64,000 nt of DNA from Antedon mediterranea (lineage: Eukaryota > Animalia > Echinodermata): positions 24,751,237 to 24,815,236 of the forward strand of contig NC_092672.1 in the NCBI RefSeq assembly GCF_964355755.1, given 5' to 3'. This document shows positions 1 through 12,859 of the stretch, one piece after another. The translations under genes were made by a program, and so were the position numbers. Each line of letters starts with the position of its first letter. Positions within the stretch are counted from its first letter, which is position 1. The notes below the pieces were generated by a model. It did not search any database and was not told the DNA's origin. It worked only from the letters and a program-made list of their open reading frames with translations.

Positions 1-1
1 A

Positions 2-2847
2 GGGTGGTCAAACAATCATTTTTGGCTTGGTTACACAATTTGAAAATGTGGCGAAAGGTCAAAAGGTCAGGGTCAAAGGTTATAAAATCAAACACCATTA
101 TGTCCTTAAATCTCGACAACCACTGGTCACAGCGAGGTAATTTTGGTCTTAAATTAATCAGAAGGTATACATTTATATTCAGTCTAATGAAACATTTTAG
201 TCGAAAATGACCGGAAATGCCATTTCTGACCTTTGACCCATAAACCAGGGCATGTCTGTATCTCCGTAACTATTGGCCGTAGTGACTTGAATTTGGGCTC
301 AAATTGTTCGAAATATACATTTAGTTATTTGTTACTCATTTTGAAAAATGTTACAAAAGGTCAAAGGGTCAAGGTCAAGGGTTATTTGAACAAATAAAAA
401 AAGGTACTTGTATCTCGGCAACCACTGGTCGCAGCAAGACAGTTTTGGTCTCAAAATGTTCAGAAGGCATGCATTTATATTCCATCTAATGGGGAATTTT
501 AGTCAAAAATGATCAGAAATGCCATTTCTGACCTTTGACCCACATACCAGGGCATCTTCATATCTCTGTAAGTACAGGTCGTAGAAACTTAAATTTGGTA
601 TCAAATTGTTCGAAATATACATATTTACATTCATTGTAATAGAAAATGTGGTTAAAAGATGAACAGAAATACTATTACTAATGTTTCAAACAAAAAACAT
701 ATCTACACAACTTATCCTTAGACAGTAATGTTATGCAATAACTGATACTTTAAATTGTTTTAATTTCACGTTATTGCTGTCCCCGAGGACATTTTGATAG
801 AAACGTTAAGCTCAACAGTTCTTTTCAGAATGCTAGAAGTAACTTGCCATATGTATCAGATTAAACGCTCCAGGCATTTATTGTTCAAAAGGGTTTTTAG
901 GGGGAAAGGAGGCATCTTTATCTGGGGTATAATATGGTAACATGTATAATCAAATAAATACCACCTAGATGTAAAAAAATACTGCACAATTAATATCAAA
1001 AAGTGATAAAATTATGTCAAAATGCTTGGTAAATTGTAGATTATGGTAGTTAATGAAATGTGTTGACGTGATACAATTATTCTGTAAATGCATGTGGCGG
1101 GGCGTTTATTCCACATGGTGTTCTATTGGAGGGAATGGTGGCGTTTATTTGAAGGAATACTCTAATTTTAATAATTGTATTTCGTTTCTCAACTGATAAA
1201 AGGTACTTTACATGATTCGTTTTCCTCTTTATGCTTTTTAACGAAATGTTTCTGTCTTTTAAAATAAAAGTGATAGATTCCATTAAATGGATCTTCTCCT
1301 CCAGGTGCCAGTATAATGATATAAAACAATGACACATCATTATCCTGACACGATTGCACTCATAATGGATCTTCATTCTATCATCTATTTGTTTGTAACT
1401 ACAATTTGACAACAATCTTTTGCATAGTTTTAAATGCCAATACATAGTTTCATTACTATTGTACAATATGTCCAGCTTTCCTGAAAACACCCTTGTGTAC
1501 TGTAGTACAGTGTTGTAGTATGATTTTATCATGATAAACTTCTGATGCTTTTATTGTCAATGCATTCAGTACCTAAAACATGTCAAAGTTTCTAGTGGTA
1601 TTGATAATAAATCTCCAGAAATATATATTGTTTTATTATCTACACTGGGAACAGACGTGTATGTATAAGTTTTGTCGTTGACATTCAAAACTATTATGCA
1701 ACAGTGTTGAGTAATAATGACAATGACTTGGTTTATTATTGTGGTCTCCGATACCTTTTATTACATGATTGTACTTCCTCCAGGATAGAATGAGGTTTAA
1801 TCCCGTTATTATTCTTATTATATATATATATATATTTTTTATATATATATCTGGGGTGTATTTATTTGATTATACATGTTACCATTATTACACCCAACAA
1901 AATAAACACCTTCCCTGAATAAATAAATGCCAGAGGATTTTATTCGGGTAACTACAGTAAATTACTTCTAGCATTCTCAAAATGTTTGACCGTTTGGGGG
2001 TCAACAATACTTTCTAGCATTATTATAAGCAAAAGTACAATTATTACAAACAGTAAAGGATTTGTTTTAATTCCTACAGTATAATGAAATCATTAAGCAT
2101 CAATTATTGCATAACATTACTGTCTAATGATAAGTTAGGTAGATATGTTTTTCATTTAAAAGATTAGTAATTAATAGTATTTCTGATCATCTTTTATCCA
2201 AATTTTCTGTTAGAATGAATGTAAATATGTGTATTTCTAACAATTTGATACTAAATTTAAGTTTCTACGACCTGTACTTACAGAGATAAGAAGATGCCCT
2301 GGTATGTATGTCAAAGGTCAGAAATGTCATTTCCGGTCATATTTTACTAAAATGTTTCATTAGACTGAATATGAATGTATACCTTCTGAACATTTTGAGA
2401 CCAAAATTTACTCGCTGTGACCAGTGGTTGCCGAGATACAAATACCTATTTGTGTTTATTCATATAACCCCTGGCCTTGACCTTTTGACCTTTTGTAACA
2501 TTGTTCAAAATGTGTAACAAATAACTAAATGTATATTTCGAACAATTTGAGCCCAAATTCAAGTCACTACGGCCAATAGTTACGGAGATACAGACATGCC
2601 CTGGTTTATGGGTCAAAGGTCAGAAATGGCATTTCCGGTCATTTTCGACTAAAATGTTTCATTAGACTGAATATAAATGTATACCTTCTGATTAATTTAA
2701 GACCAAAATTACCTCGCTGTGACCAGTGGTTGTCGAGATTTAAGGACATAATGGTGTTTGATCTTATAACCTTTGACCCTGACCTTTTGACCTTTCGCCA
2801 CATTTTCAAAATGTGTAACCAAGCCAAAAATGATTGTTTGACCACCC
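2..2847. mobile_element. Non-autonomous long-TIR (foldback-like) DNA transposon, probably PIF/Harbinger-type termini
   Basis: 1-~760 is the near-exact reverse complement of ~2095-2848 (the same spurious ORF appears at 4..210 + and 2639..2986 -). Similarity continues patchily to ~970 vs ~1850. Termini GGGTGGTC...GACCACCC are followed by TAA at 2848-2850; the left flank is cut by the window edge. Each arm has an internal ~300-bp duplication (216 vs 517). Confidence 0.8.
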
Positions 2848-2912
2848 TAAACCAATTTCTGAAGTCAAATTCTCTGGACCTCAAAGTGCATACGAAAGTT
2901 GATCTAGCTACT

Positions 2913-3743
2913 AGAGTAGTAAGAGAACACCAACTGAGTTTGACCCAATCACTGTGAATGGATCTGAAGTCAAGTGTGTTGAGCATGCAAAGTTACTAGG
3001 TGTCAATCTTGACCGTAAATTGTCGTGGCAGACGCATGTTGACTGTTTAACTAAGCGCGTTGTACCAAGGTTGTTTTTTCTTAAGCAACTCAAGAGGTCT
3101 GGCCTAGATAGACTGGAACTGCTCCGATACTATCAAGCAGTGATACGACCAGTTCTCGAATATGCCTGTGTTGTTTGGTCCCCGAGTTTATCCAAAGCAC
3201 AATCTGACCAAATCGAACATGTCCAAAGAAGAGCGTGTAACATAATATGCCCCGATGGTACCTCGTATGCTGATACCCGCAGATACCTTAACATCATCAC
3301 TCTATCTGAACGCCGCGAGAAGTTGTCAAGAAAATTCTTTGATAAAATGAAAAAAGAAGATCATAATTACACTCTCTCTTACCTAAACCTCCCACACACA
3401 ACCATCAGCTCCGACGCGTTAGATCGTTCACCCTCCCCAAAGTCCGGACACAACGCACAAAAAACTTCATTACTTTCCACGGAGTTTTCAATGATTGGTG
3501 AATGATCAGTAACTGAGTTATGATAAGCAAATTGTGAACCTCTATTGGTTTGTGTTACTGGATGTACTATGATGGCCATTGAAAGACTGATTTGTAGACT
3601 ATGATATATTTTAGTATTACTTGTTTGGGCTGTGTTATACTATATGTGTTTACATATTTACTATTATATTTATGTCAACTTCATCACTGCTTACTTGATG
3701 CAATAAAGGAAATAAATAAATAAATAAATAAAAAAATAAATAA
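2913..3743 (+). mobile_element. 5'-truncated non-LTR retrotransposon (L2/CR1/Rex-group LINE), RT C-terminus plus 3' UTR and (TAAA)n tail
   Basis: ORF 2954..3505 has KLLGVNLDRKLSWQTHV, RLFFLKQLKRSG, YQAVIRPVLEYACVVW and IEHVQRRA, typical of the RT thumb/C-terminal region. AATAAA and a (TAAA)n tail lie at ~3702-3743. Confidence 0.88.
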
Positions 3744-5093
3744 AGGTCATTTTTTACCTTTATTCAGATTCGTCAAGACTTTCTTTCTGAGATTATTAGG
3801 ATTCAGTATTTAAAGTAAATTTGGCAAAAAGTAGAAATGTAAAACTATGTAGAAAAAATGTTTTGTATTTATGAAAAACCCCTTATTTTTTTTTAATTTT
3901 CACATAGAAACAGTTACTATGGTAAAATGTTGACCTCAAAATGAATGAATTTACAAGGTCAAGTTTGTCATTAATGGAATGCAGTAGAAGTAAAATTGAG
4001 AAAAATTACAAATGCAATCAATTCTTTGTATTTATAAAAACGCCATTTTTTACGTTTTTTTAAAAATTACTTTCCTTAGTTACACATAGAAATGGTTGCT
4101 AAGGTAACACTATAGGTAAAATAAGAAAATTTTTGAGAATTGTTATGAACTATCCTGTAAATTTTGATCAAACATTAATAGTTGTAGTAAAGTGAGGACC
4201 TGTCCTGTTTTGCATTCTGACCCCTTTTGACCTCAAATGACCTATTTACAAGGTCAGATTTTTTGGGAGGTCTTTCTGTATCTCTTTACACAAAATAGAT
4301 TTAAACATTTTAAAAAATCATTGACGCAATTATTTCCAAGTTTAACATTATTTGCCATCAACTAAATATTTCAATGCAAAATACTGTTTTTCTGGCAATT
4401 AATTGAAATAAACCTGGCAACACATTCTCCTATTTTATCTAAACTATTCGTATGACTCTAGTAGCATTATGACAAGCCACATATACATTTTATTATTGGA
4501 TTAGCCATATTTAAATTGTGTTTCATGTGTTTTGTTTGTTGATATTTTGTTATATTTTTTGTATTTTTCGTATTTTCCTGGCAACACAAAACCTATGTAC
4601 GAAATTTACCCCAGTGTTTTTTTCGTGATTATTGTTGACACGCCTATTTACTATCAAATTAAAAAACCTCATTGATTTAAAAACACCACTTTGGAAGTTA
4701 TAGGTACGTTTATGAGGTATACTTTTATAAAAAAAATATTTTTTAAAAACACCCCTTTTTAAAATAATGGTATCAACCAAACTCCATTTTGTAATTAATT
4801 TTTTTTCTACATTAAATGGAACTTAATACATGTTGTTTACACTGCTATAAAGAAAAACTGTATACTGTAAGTATTTTTGGTTAAAATAAGTATACAAGTT
4901 TGTACTTTTTCACTATAGAAAATCTGTGAAAAATGGCAAAAACATCAAAATTTGGATAATTGACCGTTGTCATGGCAACGGAGGCTAAAAATTAAAATGA
5001 ATGTTGTAGATATGCTTTTTATTGAAATGTCTATTCATGGTAAAAATTTGAGAGAAATCCATTTTTTAACATCTGCCACCAAATCTTTGATTT

Positions 5094-6160
5094 TTACAGA
5101 CAATGGCTCTTAAATATTCTAATTTTCTTTTTGGGTAAGATCAGATTTTGACAGAATTTTATGTATTCAACAATTGCTACTGTAGCCTCATTTAAAGTTT
5201 CCGAAGAGTCCATGAACATATTCCAATCAGTGGCTTCATAACACCCTTTTAACTCATTAACCTTATCCTCAGACCACACTAATCTTTCTATAACAATAGG
5301 TTTCTGCTGTTTAAGTTTCTGTTTATATTTCGGAATAAGATTAATACAATTATGATCAGAATTTCCTATACCTGGTAATTTATAAGCCTTATAGGCTTCA
5401 CTAATATTCCCAAAACACTTATTTAATACATTTTCTTTTCTAGTAGCACATTTAACATACTGTCTATACTCGGGTAGGAACTTCTTGATCTTGCAGCCCT
5501 TGTTAAAATCGCCCATCACAAAGTTTGGTGCATCTGGTGCAATCTTCTCCATCCTGCGAATAACCTCAGAGACTTTCTGTGCCGCGATCATGTCGTTAGC
5601 ATTTGGGTGGATATACGCACAAGTAATATAATATATTCTGTTAAATTCTCTCGGAAGATAATACGGTCTCAACGAAAGTGTCAACAATTCAATGTCAACA
5701 GAACAATATTGTTCCTTTACCGAAACATTTCTGCACCATTTATTATTCACGTAGATACATACACCCCCGCCTTTAGCTTTACCGGTGACATCCCTGCTCC
5801 TATCCATACGAAATAAGGAAAACCCATCAATACTTAACAATTCATCCGGATCAGTATTGCAAAACCATGTTTCTGATATGCATATCACACACACATTTCG
5901 GTATTCATTTCGATATTTACAACACGCTTGTAATTCATCCATTTTGTTTCTTAACGATCTAGCATTACCAACAATTATCGTGGGCAATGCCGGTTTAAAT
6001 CTACTATAGTTATTGTAATTCCTTCTTCTTACCCGTGCCTTAATACCTCCTCTGCATCCTCTCTTCCTTTTGCGTATATAGTGAATAGGAATCGCTTTAA
6101 GATCAATTGGCTTTAGAGTTACATCTGGTTGTAGGCGAATTAATTCCTCTCGAGTGAATA
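5094..6160 (-). mobile_element. Rex1/Babar-type LINE 5' fragment: apurinic-like endonuclease domain
   Basis: The frame stays open upstream of the annotated ORF: FTREELIRL...RKRKRGCRGGIKARVRRR..KPALPTIIVGNARSLRNKMDEL, then ISETWF, GKAKGGGVCIYVNNKWC, LRPYYLPREF, GDFN and SDH. These are EEP motifs in the Rex1/Babar arrangement. It is truncated before the RT domain. Confidence 0.88.
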
Positions 6161-6912
6161 CCGTCGTGTTCGGCCGCCAACGAGTTCGGCCGCATGTATT
6201 TAGTATGGAACGCCAGGCTTGCTTGCATTGTTTATATTAAATGCATTGTTTAGATTGGCGATCTCCGTGGCTTATTCCATTAAAAAAAAATAGGGGTGCA
6301 TTGCTTTACCGATTTTTCTCTACATTTGTATTATTGTATATAACACTACGATTTCTTTTCAGATACAGTTAGATTCATCACAGATAGAGAAAAATGAAAA
6401 TTATTTTATTATATACAATCTTAACACATTTATTATCAATTCCTGTATTTTTATTTAGGCATGTTATAAGTTTGAGAATTTACGAACGAATTAACTTAAC
6501 TAACATATTTTATAAATAAACATATAATATAACATTTATATTTATAATTGTTTTTTTTTATATATAACCACTAGCATGCATTAAAATTGACTTTATTACT
6601 AGTATACTAGTAATAACATGATATATTACAAAACTACTTAACTAATAAGTAATATAGTTTGCAAATAGTTTAAAATGTAACAATGAAACAATATCTTTTT
6701 TAATGTTTATTACTAACATACGATTTTCACTAATATCTTACTTCTTTACATACATTAAAATTGACTTTATTTCTAGCAATAACATGTTATATTACAAAAG
6801 TTCTTAACTAACGTATTTTGCAAATAGTTTAAAATTATATTTAATGTTTATTACTAACATAAGATTTTTTACTAATTTTTAAACTAATTTAACTAACATA
6901 CATACATTAGCA

Positions 6913-7579
6913 CTATTCAACGCGAGCATTGCGAGTGATAAGTTTACTCGCGGCAAGCATTTGAGAACGTTGGCCCTCGCGGTACTCGTCCCACAATGTT
7001 TCAACTCCATTCTTCTCCAACACTGTTGCTTTGCACGTCACATTCTTGTTTCTGAGAGAACATCTCCATGTTGTATTTGCCCGTCTTTTATCAATCTTCT
7101 CTGTATATTGGTACCCATGACTGTCTACAAACGAGTCCTGAAACAACAGAAGGTTAAGTTGGTTTTCACAAGAAAATGCGATAATAAAAAAAATTTTACA
7201 AAGAATAGATTATAAATATTTTAAGAACTTACATTCCCACGTTTTGTTGTTCCTGCTAATCGCCGATAAGTAACGATGTCATCATCAACAGCAGGCATCA
7301 CTGGTATTGGTTGTGGTTCAGGGTAAAGATTCAGTACCTCTTCTTCTATGAACGATTGGTTCCAAAAAGTCGCCAAGGTCGGCTGCAAAAATCTCCAGTT
7401 GCGGCACCGGTTGGACGTTGTTTTCTGGAGCACATTCTCTACATGTCCAATCAATAAAACCCTCTTCGATTTCACTCCTGAGTCACACCGACGATGTTGC
7501 CATCTCTGTGACACTCTTCGAAAAACAGTCCTTCTTGCGGTTCCGTTACGGGTTCGCGACATTCAATACAATCGTTCAT
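6913..7579 (-). pseudogene. Decayed, internally deleted Mutator-like (MULE) transposase: PHD finger + FLYWCH zinc finger + C-terminal tail, two exons
   Basis: From the ATG at 7579: MNDCIEC...EECHR/WQHRRC.../IDWTCREC, a PHD pattern broken by frameshifts. A 95-bp GT-AG intron (7232-7138, GTAAGT...TTTCAG) joins GTTKRGN to DSFVDSHGYQY...TTWRCSLRNKNVTCKATV (FLYWCH). This is fused directly to LWDEYREGQRS, resembling the MULE C-terminus. Confidence 0.7.
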
Positions 7580-8984
7580 GGTTCGTAGATAATCAGTAAA
7601 AGTGCAGTTAACAATTCAGATGACAATTCAGAAATAAGTAATATTCCCTAAAATGATGTTCTCTTATAAAGATGCGCGCACTCCGGTTATTGTTTTAAAA
7701 GAATCCTTAAATGTACCGAATTTTGTGTGTGTGTATTGTGTGACGGTAAACGCCTAACTTAAAAGCTTTATTAAATAATGGTCATTGTTTAGCCAAACTT
7801 CTTGCAAGTAACCGACTGCGCTTGTGTCATCATGCGCTTTTTGTAGGTGACTATACTTTTAAACTTTAACTTTAGAGGCCTAACTGTAATAAATCAAACC
7901 AAAATGAATAACGATGCAAGCGAAAACACACAAAATTATATATTTACAACATTTCCTTTTTCATGTAACACGATGAAATCAAACAAACTGATTTGTTTAA
8001 GTCTTTTTACTAACTTTTGTAATTACTAGGGAATCACGTTATGAAATTAGACATTATACAGCAACGTTTCGATGTTATACTTAGATCACTTATCCTACTT
8101 TTTTTATGTGAGATTATACAGTCATAAATATCTGACGTTTTATTATTAACTAAGTACAACAAAATGTTATTTATAAATCAAATTAAATGAGATTTAATGT
8201 GTATTTTGTGATATTGAACATAAAATCATGCTTTCCTTTTTCTTATATTAAGATTGAATTATAAATAATGACACAAGATAATGAAATGTTTTCATTTTTG
8301 TACCGGTCGGAAAATGTGCTCCAACGATTATATTTAGGACTGAAAGGAATGCAAGTTATATACAGTACTGTCATTAGATTAATTTAAGGATATGCACTTC
8401 TATAAGTTATAATGAAGAAGAGTGTGTGTTAAGTGTACTTTACAAATAAATATTAACTTTTAATTATGTTTTTCTTCATTTATCGTTGTTGTTTTTTTTC
8501 TTTCTCTCTTTTGTGGCGCAAACACCACTTTTATTCACATTCATATTATCTCATATTACATAAAATCGTATTATTTAACTTGTAAATGTCGTTACAGTTC
8601 ATAAGTAACATTTTTACATATATGAATTCTGTATTACTCCTTTTTTCATTAATTTTCTTATATTTTGTTATACACTTGACAGGATCATCATTATCATCTA
8701 TCCCGTTTTAAAATAGTTCACACATTTTCATTTGTTTGTTTTCATTTTACAACCCGGATTATACAATATATTTATATACATGATAAAAAAAAAAAAATAA
8801 CAATACCTTTAGTCTTATAATAGTGCCACCTATAATGGTTTGACATTTTTTCAAAATATTATAGTGCCCTCTATAGTTTAGACATAATTTTATAAAACCT
8901 CCAGGAATATTTAATTTTTCCAAATTGATAATTTTAGGTTCACATGAATTGACTGCTTTATAATTATCAGCGAAAGACGCTGCA

Positions 8985-9135
8985 TGGATCCATATCAGTT
9001 TGTATATTGCGTTAATGAGGACGATTTTTTATTTGTTATTTTTTAAATCCTTTTGGCTCATCTGACAAAGCTAAGTCCTATGCAGATCTTCATTTTTTAA
9101 ATTTCCTCTCGGCATTTAATACCATCGACTCTCTT
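8985..9135 (+). mobile_element. Highly degenerate Rex1-like RT fragment
   Basis: Broken translation MDPYQF...HL(D)KAKSYADLHFLNF.SAFNTI resembles the Rex1 RT motif DPxQFAY...DFSSAFNTI. Confidence 0.5.
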
Positions 9136-9507
9136 ATGTATTAATAGATAAGCTTTGTTTTGCCCATGCCTCACCTCCATCTATCCAATCTGGAGCAGTT
9201 GTATCTTTGATGGTGATTTTACTGAAATGAGTATTTTAAGAATGTTGTTTATAACAGAGGCAAAATGTTTTTGAAAAAAAATGAGACCGTCGATATCTAG
9301 CTTTGAATGAAGCAATTGTTGTGGAATATTTAATTTCAATTGGTAGGTTATTCCATATTTAAGAATGTTGTTTTTAACAGAGGCAAAAACATTCCACAAT
9401 ATCAGTGTTCAGTGGCATGGTACAAGTTTACACCATGAGGCAAATGTATTTCTAATGTTATATTAAAATGATACACTTGACGTTAATGCTATTAGGCCTG
9501 TCAATTT

Positions 9508-10735
9508 AAATCATCAGTGGAGGCTGTAAATTGCGGAGTGCCTCAAGGGTCGGTTTTAGGACCACTACTATTTTTAATTTATGTAAATGATCTTTCTAGA
9601 TCAAGTGACACTCTGAAAGTCATATCCTTTGCTGATGATACTACGATTTTGTTTTCTCATTCTGATATCAATGTCTTATATAACACCGTCAACACTGAAC
9701 TAGATAAAATGACTGACTGGTTCATCTCAAATAAGCTTATTGTTAATGTACAGAAAACTAATTACATTTTATTTCGTACTCAACAAAGACAAATTGATTT
9801 CTCTAATCTTAATATTTACATTAACAATAATATTATTGAACGTAAACCCGAAGTACTATTCCTCGGAGTTTATCTACATGAATACTTGAGATGGACCAGT
9901 CATCAAGCGTATGTATCTAAAAAGATATCTAAAGTAATTGGCATCCTTTGTAAATTAAGACACTTTTTTCCACAACATATCTTACTCTTGTTATATAACA
10001 CCCTTATACAACCTCATCTTCTTTATTGCAACATTATTTGGGCAGCCGACTACCCATCAAATTTAGAAAAACTTAATAAACAAATTAAACGTGCTGCCCG
10101 TATTATTACTTTCTCTCACTATCTCGCCCCTTCCCAACCTTTACTTAAAAAACTCAATATTCTTAGTCTACATGATCTATTTACAACACAAATTGCTTCC
10201 TTTATTTTTCAATTCTTTAATACCAAACTCCCTGTGACAATGTCTAATCTATTAAGTCATCATACAAAATCACACAAGTACTATTTACGTATCGACAATA
10301 AATTTCAGCATCTTGATGTACCTCCTTTTAGACTGAAAATTTCCGAATATTTTGTTTCTGTTTCAGGACCGCGAATCTGGAATGATTTTGATGATAAACT
10401 GAAGCATTTTAAATCTCTTTATACTTTTCGTAAAAATTTAAAAAAATATCTTATTTCTTTATACTAATTTTAATATTATGATTGTAGTACACTGAAAGTA
10501 TTTTTATTTCATCGTTTTTGTTTTTATTTATTATTTTATGTAGTAAATTGTATTAGTTTAAATGTATGTGTATTGTTTCTGGGGTCTTTCTCGAGACAAG
10601 AAACTTGTTTTCTTCTAGAGAAGACCCCAAATGATGGCTTATTACTATGTTTTCACTTATGTACACACCTATAATTATATTATTGTATAATGCCATTGTT
10701 TAATTAATAAATGTTTTTTGAACTTGAACTTTGAA
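9508..10735 (+). mobile_element. 5'-truncated LINE (L2/Crack/CR1-like): open RT C-terminal half, 3' UTR and (TTGAAC)n tail
   Basis: ORF 9517..10467 has GVPQGSVLGPLLFLIYVNDL, FADDT, FLGVYL..LRW..H and LYNTLIQPHLLYC. AATAAA lies at ~10706 with a TTGAAC tail at ~10717-10736. A possible TSD is CAATTT at 9502-9507 and 10736-10741. Confidence 0.92.
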
Positions 10736-11029
10736 CAATTTGGCTGATATGCAAGAGCTTATGGTCAGTGTGATAAAACTGGGTAGATTCAGAAATACAA
10801 GATATTCGATATAATACTCGTAACGAAGAGTTCAAGTATGTTTACATGACCATTGCGTGATGGTATATCATTAACATCTTTAGGCCTATACAGGATTACA
10901 CTATCAGGTAAACGAAAAAATACTTGACCTTGTCGTTACCATGACCATTACGTGATGGTAAATCATTAACCTGAGTTAAAAATATATCTTGTAAAGTCTA
11001 AGAGAAAGTCCCCTCAAGAAAACCTTTAG

Positions 11030-11345
11030 CACGGGGATGTTAAACTCGCCGATTAAATGAATTCGGTTGTACGTGGGTCTAAAAGCATTAAGAGTTGAAG
11101 TAAGTTTATGGTGAAGTCGTCTTTATTACCATCAGAACAAATGCTTTTTTTTGGTAAGAAGTTGGTCTTAGTTCATTATCAATATATCGTCGTTGGGTTC
11201 AAGATCATGTCTTCTGATTAATAAGAAAGACGACTTAACCAGCACTACTTTTGGACCGAGTAAACGGTCTTGCCTTTATAAGAAATAACCAATTTGAGGT
11301 ATTTCAGTGTCAGATATAGAATCATTGAACCACGTGTCAGAGTCG
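11030..11345 (-). mobile_element. Degenerate LINE endonuclease (EEP) fragment, CR1-like
   Basis: Minus-strand translation gives DTWFNDSISDTEIPQIGYFL*RQDR, RRHDLEP and LIGEFNIP, matching ETW..I.D.E..I.GY...R.DR and GDFN motifs, with stops and frameshifts. Confidence 0.55.
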
Positions 11346-12859
11346 TGTTTTGAGACGACTGGATTACTTTCAAGTCTCTAAACTTGTTGACTGTCTTACT
11401 GCTTCTAGCAATTCAAATGGTGGTTTACATGGTCGCTCTATGCCACACGTTCGTTATCAGAGTCGGAGGCATATTCACTGTCAACCGATTCTCTATCATT
11501 AGTTTTAAAAAAGAAGTCACTGAACAGAGGCAAGGAACATGGGTGTAGTAGGCTATCAGATGTCAACTGATTTCGCGAGAGCGTAAAACTCATCCTCTAA
11601 AAAGTTGGCGAAATTCAGATGGAATCAATAGTTGCAATCGTCGCATTGAATACCGCGTTGATTCGATCTGACATACTTAGTACAAGAACCGAATGGATCC
11701 TTAGTGGGCCGAGGTTATATGCTATATCACCACTCAGTGCGAGAATCAAAAGCAAAACAAATTCAAGATCAGTATATGCTAATGGTTTATTTTAAACTTC
11801 GGAATGACAAACGAATAAAGAATCTATGTATAGGCTGGCAAGTCTTGGGAAGCGTGTCATTATTTGTGTTGATTCCACAGTATCAGTTGACTTTAACAAG
11901 TATTCTGCCTTCCCCCTTTTACAAATTACAGATATTAATAGAACTACTAGGGCAGTTCTTTGATGTCCCATGTTCGCTGTATGTGGCCTGTACAATACAG
12001 ACAAATAAATAAATAGATAAACGGTACAGCTTGAAACAAAAACAAAGGGATAAAATTGTAATTTCAAATACAATGGAGATCACGGTTAAATCAAAACAAC
12101 TGTACAGTTCTTGTGAGTATATAATTACAAATTACCGATCTCTTGACAATAAGTTAGTGTTATTTCTTTTGTCGAGAAACTACTAGGCCTATATTTGGAA
12201 AATCACAAGAAGGGCAGTTAGTCAGGTGGCTTAGCAATTTTAACGTTACCGGCCGGACAAAAGTACCAAAATTGGCATGGAGTTTCCTTTCGACCTATCT
12301 ATTGATTTTATCCGTGGAACCCACTTGATCGGTTCCGATTTTCCAAGATGGCTGCCAAAATCCAAGATGGCCGCCAGAAAAAAGGAAATGCCATATATCT
12401 GGATGTAAAACTCGTAAATCAACAAATGGGGTGTCAATTTAATGGTTTCTGGGGTCAATGAAACAGATGCTGGTTATGCCATATTGCTCAGACCACCTAT
12501 TTCCAAGATGGCGGCCAAATTTCAAAATGGCCCCCAAAAAAGGGAAATGTTGTGTATGTCACTGTAAAAATCGGAAATGAACAAATGAGATATTAATTCA
12601 GGGGTTTCTGGGATCACCGAAACAGATGCTGGTCAAGCCATTTTGCTCAGGTCACCCATTTCCTAAATGGCGGCCAAATTTCCAAATGGCTGCCAAAAAA
12701 ACCCCAAAATTTTGTGTAGGCATATGTGGGTTAAAAATCAGAAATTAACAAAAATAATGTATGAAAAAGGTTTACTTGGCTCGACTTGTTAATGGTTATT
12801 GAACTTCTATAATAGCTACATAACAGTTTACAGTTAAGTACAGTTGAGTTACCCTATTT

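Noticed and set aside
1077-1532. 151-aa ORF in the spacer of the long-TIR element
   Set aside because: It has no recognisable transposase or other motif and its composition fits random AT-rich DNA.
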